This document shows, one piece after another, positions 49,068 to 58,422 of a stretch of DNA of 64,000 nt. Made by a program: the position numbers and the translations under genes. The stretch is from Patescibacteria group bacterium (GTDB taxonomy: Bacteria; Patescibacteriota; Patescibacteriia; Buchananbacterales; UBA6539). The notes below the pieces were generated by a model, which saw only the letters and a list, made by a program, of their open reading frames with translations, was not told the origin of the DNA and ran no database searches. Numbering within the stretch: the first letter of the stretch is position 1; each line of letters begins with the position of its first letter. The stretch lies in assembly GCA_041662625.1 (NCBI GenBank), contig JBAZSB010000001.1, positions 310,467 to 374,466 on the forward strand, in the 5' to 3' direction.

Positions 49068-50714
49068 TTATTTCTTGTCTCTTATTTCTTGTCTCTTATT
49101 TCTTGCTGCCGCAGCGATTAATCCTTTAAACAAAGGGTGCGGATTTAACGGCCTTGACTTTAACTCTGGATGAAACTGGGTACCAACAAAGAAAGGATGA
49201 TTAGCCACTTCAATTATTTCAACTAATTTTTTATCCGGGGACAACCCAGCTAATCTTAAGCCCTTTTTGATTAACTTCGCCCGATAATCATTATTGAATT
49301 CATAGCGATGGCGGTGGCGTTCACTAATCTTTCTTTGGCCGTAAAGTTTAAAACTCAGTGAATCCTTATCCAAAATACAAGGATAAGCCCCAAGCCGCAT
49401 CGTATTACCATATTGTTTCTTGGCTAACTTTTCTGCTTGGTCGGGCATAATATGAATTACTGGATACTTAGTCTTGGGATTAATCTCAGTTGTGTGAGCG
49501 CCTTTAAGTTTAACGACATTCCGGGCAAATTCAATTGTGGCCAGTTGCATGCCATAACAAAGCCCTAAAAAAGGAATTTTATTTTCCCGGGCATATTTAA
49601 TGGCTAAAATTTTTCCCTCAATTCCCCGACTACCAAAGCCACCGGGAACAACAATGCCGTCATAATTTTTTAGTTCTTTAACTAGGCCGGGCTTTTTTTC
49701 ATAAACATCAGAATTAATCCAGCTTATTTCTGCCTTAACCTTGTTTGCACCGCTGGCATGCTTGATTGCCTCAATTACTGAAATATAGGCATCAGGCAAA
49801 ATAAAATCACCAGAAGCAAAATATTTACCAATAATACCGATTTTAACAGCTTTAATCGCCCGCCTAGCTGCTAGCACCATCTTCTGCCAATCCTGCATAT
49901 TCCTTTTCTTCGGTCTAAGATGCAATTTATTTAAAATCTTTTCGCTAAGCCTTTCTTTTTCTAAAATTAAAGGGATTTCATAAATTGATTCTACATCCGG
50001 ATTGGAAATGACATCCTGCTTGGCGACATTACAGAAAGTAGAAATTTTATGTTTCCTCGGTTCGTCAACCGGCTTGGCCGAACGACAAACGATAAAATCC
50101 GGTTGAATTCCAGCGGCATTAATCTGTTGGACGGCATATTGAGTCGGCTTAGTCTTCATCTCGCCTAAAGTCCCGGGAATTGGCAGATAACTGACCAAAA
50201 CGAATAAGACATCGTGAGGATTTTGATAATGCATAATTCTGGCTGCTTCCAAAAATAGAATATTTTGATATTCGCCGACCGTGCCACCGACTTCAATAAT
50301 AGCAATATCAGCTTTAGATTTAACTGTTGCTTTTTTTATTCGTCTGATTACTTCTTCGGGAATATGCGGTACCACCTCAACACATTTTCCGCCGTACTCT
50401 AGATTTCTTTCGCGGCAAATTACTGACTGGTAAACCCGGCCCGTGGTCATGTAATTGTCCCTTAAAATATTGACACCTAAAAATCTCTCGTAGTTGCCAA
50501 TATCCTGATCGGTTTCATCACCATCTTCGGTAACAAAAACCTCGCCGTGCTCGACCGGGTTCATCGTACCGGCGTCAATATTAACATAAGGGTCAATTTT
50601 TAAGGCGGTTACTTTGTAACCCCGAGCTTGCAAGATTTTTCCAATTGAGGCAGTGGTAACGCCTTTGCCCACGCCGGACATCACCCCGCCCATGACAAAG
50701 ATAAATTTAGACAT
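49068..50714 (-). CDS. pyrG: CTP synthase PyrG
   Basis: N-terminal synthetase domain (GGVMSGVGKG) and C-terminal GATase (GLCYGMQ, HPE...). Confidence 0.9.
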   Translation of the reverse strand: MSKFIFVMGGVMSGVGKGVTTASIGKILQARGYKVTALKIDPYVNIDAGTMNPVEHGEVFVTEDGDETDQDIGNYERFLGVNILRDNYMTTGRVYQSVICRERNLEYGGKCVEVVPHIPEEVIRRIKKATVKSKADIAIIEVGGTVGEYQNILFLEAARIMHYQNPHDVLFVLVSYLPIPGTLGEMKTKPTQYAVQQINAAGIQPDFIVCRSAKPVDEPRKHKISTFCNVAKQDVISNPDVESIYEIPLILEKERLSEKILNKLHLRPKKRNMQDWQKMVLAARRAIKAVKIGIIGKYFASGDFILPDAYISVIEAIKHASGANKVKAEISWINSDVYEKKPGLVKELKNYDGIVVPGGFGSRGIEGKILAIKYARENKIPFLGLCYGMQLATIEFARNVVKLKGAHTTEINPKTKYPVIHIMPDQAEKLAKKQYGNTMRLGAYPCILDKDSLSFKLYGQRKISERHRHRYEFNNDYRAKLIKKGLRLAGLSPDKKLVEIIEVANHPFFVGTQFHPELKSRPLNPHPLFKGLIAAAARNKRQEIRDKK

Positions 50715-50720
50715 ATTTTT

Positions 50721-50790
50721 GAATTAGGAATTAGGAATTAGGAATTAGGAATTGCTCATTCCTAACTCATAATTCATAATTCGTTATTCC
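50721..50790. repeat. intergenic palindromic tandem-repeat hairpin: (GAATTAGG)x4 - spacer - CTAACTCATAATTCATAATTCGTTATTCC
   Basis: Between the rplI stop and the pyrG start. Confidence 0.7.
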
Positions 50791-50860
50791 TATTTAAAGC
50801 GACAAACCCACCTGGCGGTGGGCATAGATTATAAAAAATAAATTTTATTAAATTTAAGCA

Positions 50861-51319
50861 TCACTTCTGTTCAGCATTAATAATTAAAGTGATGACTGCT
50901 TCCAGTCCATGATCGAGATTAATTTTAACTTCATGTTCACCTAATTCCTTAATATGAGAAGCTCCGATCTGGTCCTTGGCAATATCAAAACCCTTAGCTT
51001 TTAGGGCAGCGGCAATTTTAGCTGGCGAAACCGCGGCGTAAAGTGTGCCTTCATCACTAGCCTTGGCGGCAATTTCTACTACCTGACCTTCCAATTGCTG
51101 AATTAGCTGTTCGGTTTTTTCTAAATCCGCTTCCGCCATTTTTTCTTCTTTAGCCTTTCTAGCTTCCAGTTCGGCAATCATGTCCGGCGTGGCTTCAACC
51201 GCTAAATTCTTGGGAAATAAAAAATTACGGGCATAGCCTAAGGCCACCTCTTTAACATCATCTTTTGTCCCTAAAGTTGGGACGTCTTTTAATAGAATTA
51301 CCTGCATGGATTTTTTCAT
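50861..51319 (-). CDS. rplI: 50S ribosomal protein L9
   Basis: MQVILLKDVPTLG...NFLFPK N-domain; true start may be the Met at about 51307. Confidence 0.8.
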   Translation of the reverse strand: MKKSMQVILLKDVPTLGTKDDVKEVALGYARNFLFPKNLAVEATPDMIAELEARKAKEEKMAEADLEKTEQLIQQLEGQVVEIAAKASDEGTLYAAVSPAKIAAALKAKGFDIAKDQIGASHIKELGEHEVKINLDHGLEAVITLIINAEQK

Positions 51320-51328
51320 CTTAGTAAC

Positions 51329-51601
51329 TCATTTTATCTCAAAATCAGAAAACTCGCTAGTCGCTTCTGACCAGCTTTGTTCAATCTTTTGGACCATTGC
51401 TGGTCCAACTCCATTATAGCACCATTGAATAAAATCTTTCAAGTCTTTTTCCTCGCCTTCGGCAACTATTTCCACTATTCCACCTTCTAAGTTCCTAACA
51501 TAACCGGTAAATCTCCGTTTTTTAGCTTCATTACGGCCCACATAGCGATAACCAACCCCCTGAACCAGTCCGTGGATTTTTAAAGTCACGCGCTTAGCCA
51601 T
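51329..51601 (-). CDS. acylphosphatase
   Basis: VxGxVQGVxYR and GYVRNLEGG...VEIVAEG motifs; 90 aa. Confidence 0.75.
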   Translation of the reverse strand: MAKRVTLKIHGLVQGVGYRYVGRNEAKKRRFTGYVRNLEGGIVEIVAEGEEKDLKDFIQWCYNGVGPAMVQKIEQSWSEATSEFSDFEIK

Positions 51602-51636
51602 ATTTTTATAGAAATATCGGTTAATCCAAATTTATC

Positions 51637-53121
51637 TTATAATTTTCTCACTACTCCTTGGATAGTGTCAATCTCGACTTTATCACCGTCTTTTAAGACT
51701 TTGGTAGCAATTTTTGTCCCAACAAAACAGGGAATTTTTAACTCCCGGGCGACAATCGCGGCATGACTGGCAATTCCACCTTCATTAGTTATAATAGCCA
51801 AAGCTTTACGCATCAATGGCACAAATTCTATTCTGGTCATACTGGTAACGAGAATTTCATTTTTTTTAAATCTTTCTTTGGTCGGATTAAAAATTATTCT
51901 GGCAATACCGCGAACTATTTTTTTATTACCTTGATAGGCGACAAAACCTTTCACTTCTTTGGCATTTGACTGACTAGCTAATTTAAAAATTTTATTAATT
52001 TCTTTGCCGTAGAAATATTTGATCGGCTTATTCTTTTGAAAAACTGCAAGATAATTTTTATGACGCCCCAAGACATCTGACTTTTTCAACTTTTTGTTTC
52101 TTTTGAGTAGATTTAAAACATCATAAAAATCATAGCTGACGAGTTCTTGATAAGTGAGCCCATATAATTTTGATATATCCTCAATGAAACTTGCATAATA
52201 GTAAAAAAATTTTGCCTGGCCCAATTTTCTCTGATCAATCCAATAAATTGTTCGGGAAGAGAAATAGATGTCATCTTTATCTTTTTTTAACAATTGCAGC
52301 CTTGCTAGAATTTTTCTCCTGGCAAAATTAATATCTTTAGCTTTACTAATAATAGAGTTGAGTTCTCTCTGGACTTGGTTTATATTTTTTTGCAACAATT
52401 CTTTTTTAATATCATTAATAACTGAATTGACTGACAAGTGTGTAGCGGAATAAAAATCAGATTTAATCCAAAAATGACGTTTGATATAAGATTGAATTTC
52501 ATTTTTAATTTTAGTATCACCGCTGTTTTTATAAAATAGCAAGCAAAGCTGCAAAAAATCCTTTCTTTCCGCGTTTAAAAAAGACAGTTCTTTTGGCTCG
52601 CAAAGATCGCCAAAAATTTCTCTTGCCTTGTTTGAATCAAAATTATGCCTTTTAGCAAAAGCGGGAATTATTTCAGAATTAATTATTTCTCCCTTGTCTT
52701 CACCAACAGAAGAGTAATACCAAAATATTCTGCTCGCTTTAAGAAAATTCTCAAAATGATAAAGTATTATATTTGAAGTTATTTTTTTCTCTTTCTTGTA
52801 CCGGGCCCAGACCATGTCTATTCCCCTAATTGACGTCAAATGCTTGGCTATCATTTTATTCAAACTTAGCTTGTCTTTTAAATAATTGGAGTAAACTTTT
52901 TTGGCTAACACATCAACAAGATTCTGGCTGACAATTTGAAAATGATGAATCTTTTGGTTAAACATGAAAAAAAAGAATAGCGGGCTGAAATTTACCCCGT
53001 GCACAATTGAAGAATTAACGTAAGCGTCATAAGGAACACTGGCCACGGAAAGATTGGCGTTGGCATTCTGAATGTCAATTCTATTTTTGGTTAAATATTT
53101 TTCAACCGCTTGGATATTCAT
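51637..53121 (-). CDS. protein with divergent N-terminal domain and C-terminal PEP-utilizing-enzyme mobile (swivel phospho-His) domain - paralog 1
   Basis: C-terminus GGIASHAAIVARELKIPCFVGTKIATKVLKDGDKVEIDT matches the PEP-utilizers His-domain consensus; N-domain shares the (L)YGLTYQEL block with paralogs 2-6. Confidence 0.6.
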   Translation of the reverse strand: MNIQAVEKYLTKNRIDIQNANANLSVASVPYDAYVNSSIVHGVNFSPLFFFFMFNQKIHHFQIVSQNLVDVLAKKVYSNYLKDKLSLNKMIAKHLTSIRGIDMVWARYKKEKKITSNIILYHFENFLKASRIFWYYSSVGEDKGEIINSEIIPAFAKRHNFDSNKAREIFGDLCEPKELSFLNAERKDFLQLCLLFYKNSGDTKIKNEIQSYIKRHFWIKSDFYSATHLSVNSVINDIKKELLQKNINQVQRELNSIISKAKDINFARRKILARLQLLKKDKDDIYFSSRTIYWIDQRKLGQAKFFYYYASFIEDISKLYGLTYQELVSYDFYDVLNLLKRNKKLKKSDVLGRHKNYLAVFQKNKPIKYFYGKEINKIFKLASQSNAKEVKGFVAYQGNKKIVRGIARIIFNPTKERFKKNEILVTSMTRIEFVPLMRKALAIITNEGGIASHAAIVARELKIPCFVGTKIATKVLKDGDKVEIDTIQGVVRKL

Positions 53122-53139
53122 ACTTTCTTTGAAATTTCC

Positions 53140-54084
53140 CTACAGAGTAGTAATCGGACGAGACTGGGTAATATAAAATTTACCCTTAGCATATGCCCAT
53201 TCGATGTCCTGGGGCTTAGTATAATGTCTTTCAATCTGAAGACAAATTTTGGCTAAAGCAATAATTTGATTATTACTAAGCACTTGAGCTTCTTTTTTAT
53301 TTTTTGCTACGATTTGCCAAACATTACCGCCGCTGCTCTTTCGGACTAACATTCTAGTTTTAGTCGCCAGGTTAATGTCTAAAATCTGAAAATTCCTTTT
53401 ATCTAAAACGTAACTGTCCGGCGTAATCTGACCTGAGACAATGGCTTCACCCAAGCCAAAACTGGCTTCAATAATCATTTGATTTTTATTCCTGGTCACT
53501 GGATGGACAGTGAAGGTAATGCCGGAGATTTCCGATTCCACCATTTGCTGAATAACCACCGCGACCGAAACTTTGGAATTGCGTAAACCTTTTTCAAAAC
53601 GGTAAAAAATTGCTCTGGGAGTAAAAAGAGATGACCAACACTCCTTAACTCGGCCTAATAGATTCTTTTCTGTCGTATTCAAATAGGTCTCCAGTTCCCC
53701 TGCCCAACTGGCTTGCGTTGAATCCTCAGCCGTGGCTGATGAGCGGACAGCGACAAACTTAGTTTTTAGTTTCTTGAATTCAATTAAAATTTCCTGGCCC
53801 AAATCTTTTGGCATTCTAGTGTCATGAATTAAGTCGCGGATGACATTAGAAGCCTGGTCAACTGAATTAATATCTTTATAATTTATTTTTTTCAACTGCG
53901 TCTTAATCTCTACCTGCAGATCGGTTTCAGCCAAAAATTGTTCAAAAGCTGAGGCTAAAATAACAAAGCCAGGTGGCACTGAAATTTTAGTCTGAATCAT
54001 TTCACCAAGCGACGCACCTTTGCCCCCGGCAATGCTAATATCTTTTTTAGAAATTTGCGCTAATGGTTTGATAAATTTTGACAT
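53140..54084 (-). CDS. stand-alone PPDK_N-type ATP-binding domain protein (N-terminal domain of pyruvate phosphate dikinase / PEP synthase / rifampin phosphotransferase)
   Basis: 314 aa; ISIAGGKGASLGEM...VAVRSSATAEDS...SFAGQ-like blocks typical of PF01326; no swivel or TIM-barrel domain attached. Confidence 0.6.
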   Translation of the reverse strand: MSKFIKPLAQISKKDISIAGGKGASLGEMIQTKISVPPGFVILASAFEQFLAETDLQVEIKTQLKKINYKDINSVDQASNVIRDLIHDTRMPKDLGQEILIEFKKLKTKFVAVRSSATAEDSTQASWAGELETYLNTTEKNLLGRVKECWSSLFTPRAIFYRFEKGLRNSKVSVAVVIQQMVESEISGITFTVHPVTRNKNQMIIEASFGLGEAIVSGQITPDSYVLDKRNFQILDINLATKTRMLVRKSSGGNVWQIVAKNKKEAQVLSNNQIIALAKICLQIERHYTKPQDIEWAYAKGKFYITQSRPITTL

Positions 54085-54090
54085 TTTTTA

Positions 54091-54163
54091 GAATCAAGAA
54101 TCAAGAATCAAGAATCAAGCAGTAACTTAGCACCCTTGATTCTTGATTCACGATTCATAATTC
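54091..54163. repeat. intergenic palindromic tandem-repeat hairpin: (GAATCAAG)x4 - spacer - CTTGATTCTTGATTCACGATTCATAATTC
   Basis: Immediately upstream of the PPDK_N gene start. Confidence 0.7.
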
Positions 54164-54339
54164 TTCACTATTGTTTGTTCTTTAACTTAATAATATCAGA
54201 ATTTCCTTATTTATCAAATAAATTATTTCAATAAAATACTAATTTTAGCCAAAATTAACCAAAAGTAATTGACAAAACTAGTAAAATATGCTATTATTAT
54301 ATATTGCTCTCTAAAATAAAATTGGTTAAATTCGCGCCT

Positions 54340-54397
54340 GGTTGATTCAGATAAGCGGTAAATTGGTTTTCTGGTTTACCGCTTACTTGAATCAACC
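54340..54397. repeat. 23-bp inverted repeat pair (GGTTGATTCAGATAAGCGGTAAA / TTTACCGCTTACTTGAATCAACC) separated by 12 bp, at the left edge of the GC-rich creatininase cassette
   Basis: Read directly; 21/23 complementary; preceded by a putative promoter TTGACA(54268)-17-TATTAT. Confidence 0.5.
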
Positions 54398-54464
54398 AGT
54401 GGAATAAGGAAGAAGAGGCGCCACATTACGTGGCATAACACAGATAAGGAAAGGAATTGGAGAA

Positions 54465-55241
54465 ATGCTGAGACTACAGCAGATGTCCCACACACAGGTA
54501 GAAACGCACCTGCGAGAACACCCCAACGCGGTCGCGGTATTGGCGGTTGGCAGTACGGAACAGCATGGCTTTGGTCCGTGCGGCACCGACCACCTGATTG
54601 CCAAGTATCTGTCGCATCGTGTGACAGAAGGCGTCGAGAACACCGTGCTCGTACCCTCGATTGCCTACGGCATGAGCAAGCACCACACGTGGGCCAGCGG
54701 CACGATTTCGCTGCCGTGGGAACTCTTCCAGGGATTGGTCGCCAACGTATTGGAGGAGCTCTACCGGAGCGGGTTTCGGCGGGTGGTTATCATCAACGGA
54801 CACGGGGGCAATCACGAGCCGATCGAGATGGCCATCAAGTCCGTCCGGACCTTCCACAAAGATCTGCAGGTGCAGAACCGCCTGATGATCTACGTCCAGG
54901 TCGAGGAGAAGTACGAGAACCCGATTCGCGAGCAGATGCTCGAACTCTGCGCGGCAGTCGGCCAGCAAGAACTCTCGCATGCCGATGCACCGGAGTTTTC
55001 CCTCTTGTTCGCCATGTTCCCCACACTCCAGCAATATCTGGACGCCGACCTCGCCGAAATGCCGAAACTACCGGATTTGTCGGCGGTGACCGGCGTACGC
55101 GATCCCCAGGAGTGGAAAGCGAAGATGGCACCTTGCCGCGGTGGCAAGGGCGATCCCCGCGAAGCCAACCTGGAAGTTGGCGCAAAAGTCGTTCAGGCTC
55201 TCGTTGCCCAGTTAGTCGCAGACGCGACTACGGGCTGGTAA
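54465..55241 (+). CDS. creatininase-family amidohydrolase, GC-rich foreign-looking gene
   Basis: AVGSTEQHG and INGHGGN metal-binding motifs; very GC-rich region producing many overlapping spurious ORFs on both strands. Confidence 0.6.
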   Translation: MLRLQQMSHTQVETHLREHPNAVAVLAVGSTEQHGFGPCGTDHLIAKYLSHRVTEGVENTVLVPSIAYGMSKHHTWASGTISLPWELFQGLVANVLEELYRSGFRRVVIINGHGGNHEPIEMAIKSVRTFHKDLQVQNRLMIYVQVEEKYENPIREQMLELCAAVGQQELSHADAPEFSLLFAMFPTLQQYLDADLAEMPKLPDLSAVTGVRDPQEWKAKMAPCRGGKGDPREANLEVGAKVVQALVAQLVADATTGW

Positions 55242-55261
55242 GAGCCCCATCGTAAGACGAC

Positions 55262-55310
55262 AAAGAGGCGTACCTCGAGTTTTACTCTTGGTGCGCCTCT
55301 TTCCGTTTAG
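55262..55310 (+). terminator. 13-bp-stem hairpin terminating the creatininase cassette
   Basis: AAAGAGGCGTACC-...-GGTGCGCCTCTTT (one G.U). Confidence 0.5.
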
Positions 55311-55326
55311 ACTGTATTTTATTATT

Positions 55327-56160
55327 TTAAAGTTTACCCCGATTAATCCAAGCTACCGAAAAAATGACTGGCCAAAACCAGTTTTTATTATTTTTTGGCG
55401 CATTATTGTAATAGACACCTTGATTCAAATAAGCAATCCCTAGCCAGCGCCAACCGCCCAAATAAGCCAAACCTTTAGTCCAGGTATTGCCAATCATACC
55501 AATTGAAGGACAAATCAGATTCCGGCCTTCCCAGATTGCTTTTTCGTATTCAATATAATATTCTTTGACATCATAACCTTTTTCTCGAAGTTCATTGGCA
55601 ATAATTTCACAACGTTTAGCAATTTCTTCAACCAGGGCAAACTCCCCCACCCGGCCAGTCAGCCGACGGGTGCTGGTAATGGCAATGGTTGGTTTAATGC
55701 CTAAATTATTTTCTAACCAGGCAATGGCTTGGGAAATTTCATTTCGTTTTGATTCCAAAGTCAGGCCGGAATAATTAGAGATACTGGGCGTAGCAAACCA
55801 TTGACCGTCTTTGGCAAAAAAAGAAACCGAGATTTTTTCTTGGTCTTCGGGCCGGCCATAGGCTTGCAAAAATAATTTATGAGTGTAAGAATCTTTGAGC
55901 TGAGCACGCATTAAGCCTTCAACTTTACCCGATTTAACTAGATCAACAAGTACTTGGCTAGCTTCCTCTTCACTTTGAGTCGGAATACAATTTAAACCAT
56001 CAATTTTTGAACCAACCACGACTAAATCGGCGTAGTCACTGGCTTGAATCAAACTTTTGACGACTTCAGGTTGGGGATCAATAATACCAATGCCAATTTT
56101 CCGACGTTTTTGTTTAGCTTCGGTTAAAAATCGTTGTTCAATTTCACTGAGTTTTTCCAT
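55327..56160 (-). CDS. PTA/PTB (phosphate acyltransferase) family-like protein, paralog A (tentative)
   Basis: Block pattern KIGIGIIDPQPEVVKSL...DLVVVG, VSFFAKD, KPTIAITSTRR, NLICPSIGMIGNTWTKG loosely parallels phosphotransacetylase blocks; start set at internal MEKLSEIEQ to avoid overlap with the upstream paralog. Confidence 0.35.
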   Translation of the reverse strand: MEKLSEIEQRFLTEAKQKRRKIGIGIIDPQPEVVKSLIQASDYADLVVVGSKIDGLNCIPTQSEEEASQVLVDLVKSGKVEGLMRAQLKDSYTHKLFLQAYGRPEDQEKISVSFFAKDGQWFATPSISNYSGLTLESKRNEISQAIAWLENNLGIKPTIAITSTRRLTGRVGEFALVEEIAKRCEIIANELREKGYDVKEYYIEYEKAIWEGRNLICPSIGMIGNTWTKGLAYLGGWRWLGIAYLNQGVYYNNAPKNNKNWFWPVIFSVAWINRGKL

Positions 56161-56173
56161 ATGTCTATAAGGC

Positions 56174-57001
56174 CTATTTAACTTGGTTGTTACACAACGC
56201 CACGGCATGAATGATGTGCCAAAAAAAGTCTTTTTCATTCCTTGAGCCGTCTTCATAGACGACGCCCAAATCGAGGTAATTAGTCGTCAGTAATCGCCAG
56301 TCACCCAGATAAAGCAGCGATTTAATCCAGGAGTTGCCGACAAAGCCAATCGAAGGCACAATCAGATTGCGCCTGTCCCAGACCGCGGTTTCATATTCCA
56401 TGTAATATTCTTTGGCATCATAGCCCTTGCTGACTAAATATTCATAAAATTTAGTGCACTGTTCAGTAATATCATCAATCAACTTATATTTACCACGGTT
56501 ACTGGATGGCCGCAAAATTCCCATCACGGCAATCTTTGGCTCTACCCCTAAATCTTCTTTCATATGCCGGATAATCCTTTCCACTTCAAAAATTTTATCT
56601 TCTAAAGTTAAGCCTTGGTAGACAGAAGAAGTTGTAATAAAAAAGCTGTAATCGGCCTTTTGCATAATGCCAACATAAACTTTGTGGCTACTGGGAATTG
56701 GCGTCATCTGAAACTGCTTAAAAAACACCTCCAAAGTGTAAGAATCCTTGACCTGGCCGCGGACGATACCTTCGACTTTTTTTTCTTTAAGTAATTGGAT
56801 TAAAATTTCACTGGCTTTGTCCTGATCTGGCTCAACAATATTTTCAAAACCCTTTACTTTTGCCCCAACCACCACTAAATCAGCGTACTTTGAAGCCTTC
56901 TTTAAGCTTTTGATAGTTTCCGGAACCGGCCGCATAATGGCAATGCCGATTTTTCTTTTCTGCTTTTTGGCTTGCTCCAAAAATAATTTAGAAAAATCCA
57001 T
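56174..57001 (-). CDS. PTA/PTB family-like protein, paralog B (tentative)
   Basis: Clear paralog of 55327-56160 (KIGIAIMRPVPETIKSL...DLVVVG...NLIVPSIGFVGNSWIKS). Confidence 0.35.
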   Translation of the reverse strand: MDFSKLFLEQAKKQKRKIGIAIMRPVPETIKSLKKASKYADLVVVGAKVKGFENIVEPDQDKASEILIQLLKEKKVEGIVRGQVKDSYTLEVFFKQFQMTPIPSSHKVYVGIMQKADYSFFITTSSVYQGLTLEDKIFEVERIIRHMKEDLGVEPKIAVMGILRPSSNRGKYKLIDDITEQCTKFYEYLVSKGYDAKEYYMEYETAVWDRRNLIVPSIGFVGNSWIKSLLYLGDWRLLTTNYLDLGVVYEDGSRNEKDFFWHIIHAVALCNNQVK

Positions 57002-57010
57002 ATATTTTAA

Positions 57011-57784
57011 TTAATCATTAAAGATAAAAATTGGCTCTTGATAATGCCGGATTTTATTTTCTTCAAATCTTTGCCTGATTAGTTTTTTCAGCTGCTCGTT
57101 TTTCCAAACCAGTGACTTATTTTGCCGCAAAATCGTCATTGGTAAATCCAGCCTTAAAGCTCGCCCTGAAATTAAATGGCGGGTGATACCTGAAGGCACC
57201 TTTAAATTTTTTTCCGCCACTAAAATTATGTCTTGAGGTGTGAATTTTGGAAAAACAACTAAGGTCTTGCCTTGCTCATTTTTAGAAAAATCACTGGCAT
57301 TATCTAAACGATGGAATTTATAATGCTTATTATACAAATCAACCATTTTATTTAAAGCTTCAATTTGCTTAAAGAAATCCCCTTTTTTAATCGGGCGACA
57401 GATAATCTTGTTCCTCCGCAATTTGAATTTTTTAATCATTGGCTTACCAACCGTCTTTTTGAGCTGTAGAAAAAAGTCTTTAGCCGTAATCCCCAAAACC
57501 AAATGATTCCAGGTTTTTAATTCTAAGCCGGGGTTATCAGAAGTAACAATTTGAACAACAATATCTTTAAAGCCTAATTTTTTGAAAACCGTAGTTCGGT
57601 TCGCCCCATCCAAAACCACGAACTTTCCGGATTGACCGATTGGTGCGACTAACGGTGGATTAGTAAAAATTTTGTCTCTTTTTATTTTGTTACTTAGCCT
57701 TTTGACCCGGCTAGGATCAACAAATTCGTGTAGAACTAATTTTGACAGACTAACAACTTTTAGATTAGGTAAATTTTTGGTCAT
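57011..57784 (-). CDS. ParB/Srx-fold domain protein (possible phosphotransferase or nuclease-like)
   Basis: N-terminal LHEFVDP...R...L...FVVLDGANRT pattern of ParB/sulfiredoxin-like domains. Confidence 0.35.
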   Translation of the reverse strand: MTKNLPNLKVVSLSKLVLHEFVDPSRVKRLSNKIKRDKIFTNPPLVAPIGQSGKFVVLDGANRTTVFKKLGFKDIVVQIVTSDNPGLELKTWNHLVLGITAKDFFLQLKKTVGKPMIKKFKLRRNKIICRPIKKGDFFKQIEALNKMVDLYNKHYKFHRLDNASDFSKNEQGKTLVVFPKFTPQDIILVAEKNLKVPSGITRHLISGRALRLDLPMTILRQNKSLVWKNEQLKKLIRQRFEENKIRHYQEPIFIFND

Positions 57785-57786
57785 AA

Positions 57787-58422
57787 TTAATTACTTACTT
57801 TTTTCTCATTAGCTAAAAAATCATATAAACTGCCAATTTCCCAATAAGTCTTTTTATCTTTTATGCCCGAATTATTATTTAAAATATGATACAGGCGGGC
57901 GGAAAAATCAGGGTACTTGTCCTTTACTGATTTTACTGCTTCCAGGAAAAATTGACAATTTGTTTCTTTATCATCAGTATAAATAACAGTTTTATAGCCC
58001 TGCTGATATTTCTTCTCTAGGTAGTCAACCAGCATCTCTTTGGTTTTTTTGTTAGTCTCACCATAATCAAAAGTTGAATTGAGTTTTTGAAAACAGGACC
58101 GAAAATCAAAGCCAGTTTTCGGAACTAAGTATTCCGCCCGCCAATCCATCTGCTCCTGCATCCCGGTACTGAAAGTCTCATTATATTTGGTCCAAGATAA
58201 AACTTCTTTGGCACCAGGCTGCAAAGCCAGCTGAAAATACCAACCCTCTTTATAAGGAATTTCATACATTTGTTCAAACTTTCGATCAGGAACATCTTTA
58301 ATTTTTTTACCCAGTTGCGCTTCGATCCAAGCCTCAATACTTGGATATTTTGTTTCTTTCACATCCCACTCTTCATGAAAAATCGTGCCCGCCATATCCC
58401 AAAGATAAAGTGTTTTTGTCAT
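57787..58422 (-). CDS. HAD-like hydrolase-fold protein with degenerate motif I (tentative)
   Basis: YLWDMAGTI (DxAGT instead of DxDGT) and a later YTDDKETN motif. Confidence 0.3.
   Translation of the reverse strand: MTKTLYLWDMAGTIFHEEWDVKETKYPSIEAWIEAQLGKKIKDVPDRKFEQMYEIPYKEGWYFQLALQPGAKEVLSWTKYNETFSTGMQEQMDWRAEYLVPKTGFDFRSCFQKLNSTFDYGETNKKTKEMLVDYLEKKYQQGYKTVIYTDDKETNCQFFLEAVKSVKDKYPDFSARLYHILNNNSGIKDKKTYWEIGSLYDFLANEKKVSN

Noticed and set aside
55327-56256. Longer version of the PTA/PTB-like gene starting at 56256
   Set aside because: It would overlap the upstream paralog by 83 nt. An internal Met (MEKLSEIEQ at 56160) aligns with the N-terminus of the paralog (MDFSKLFLEQ), so the shorter form is preferred.
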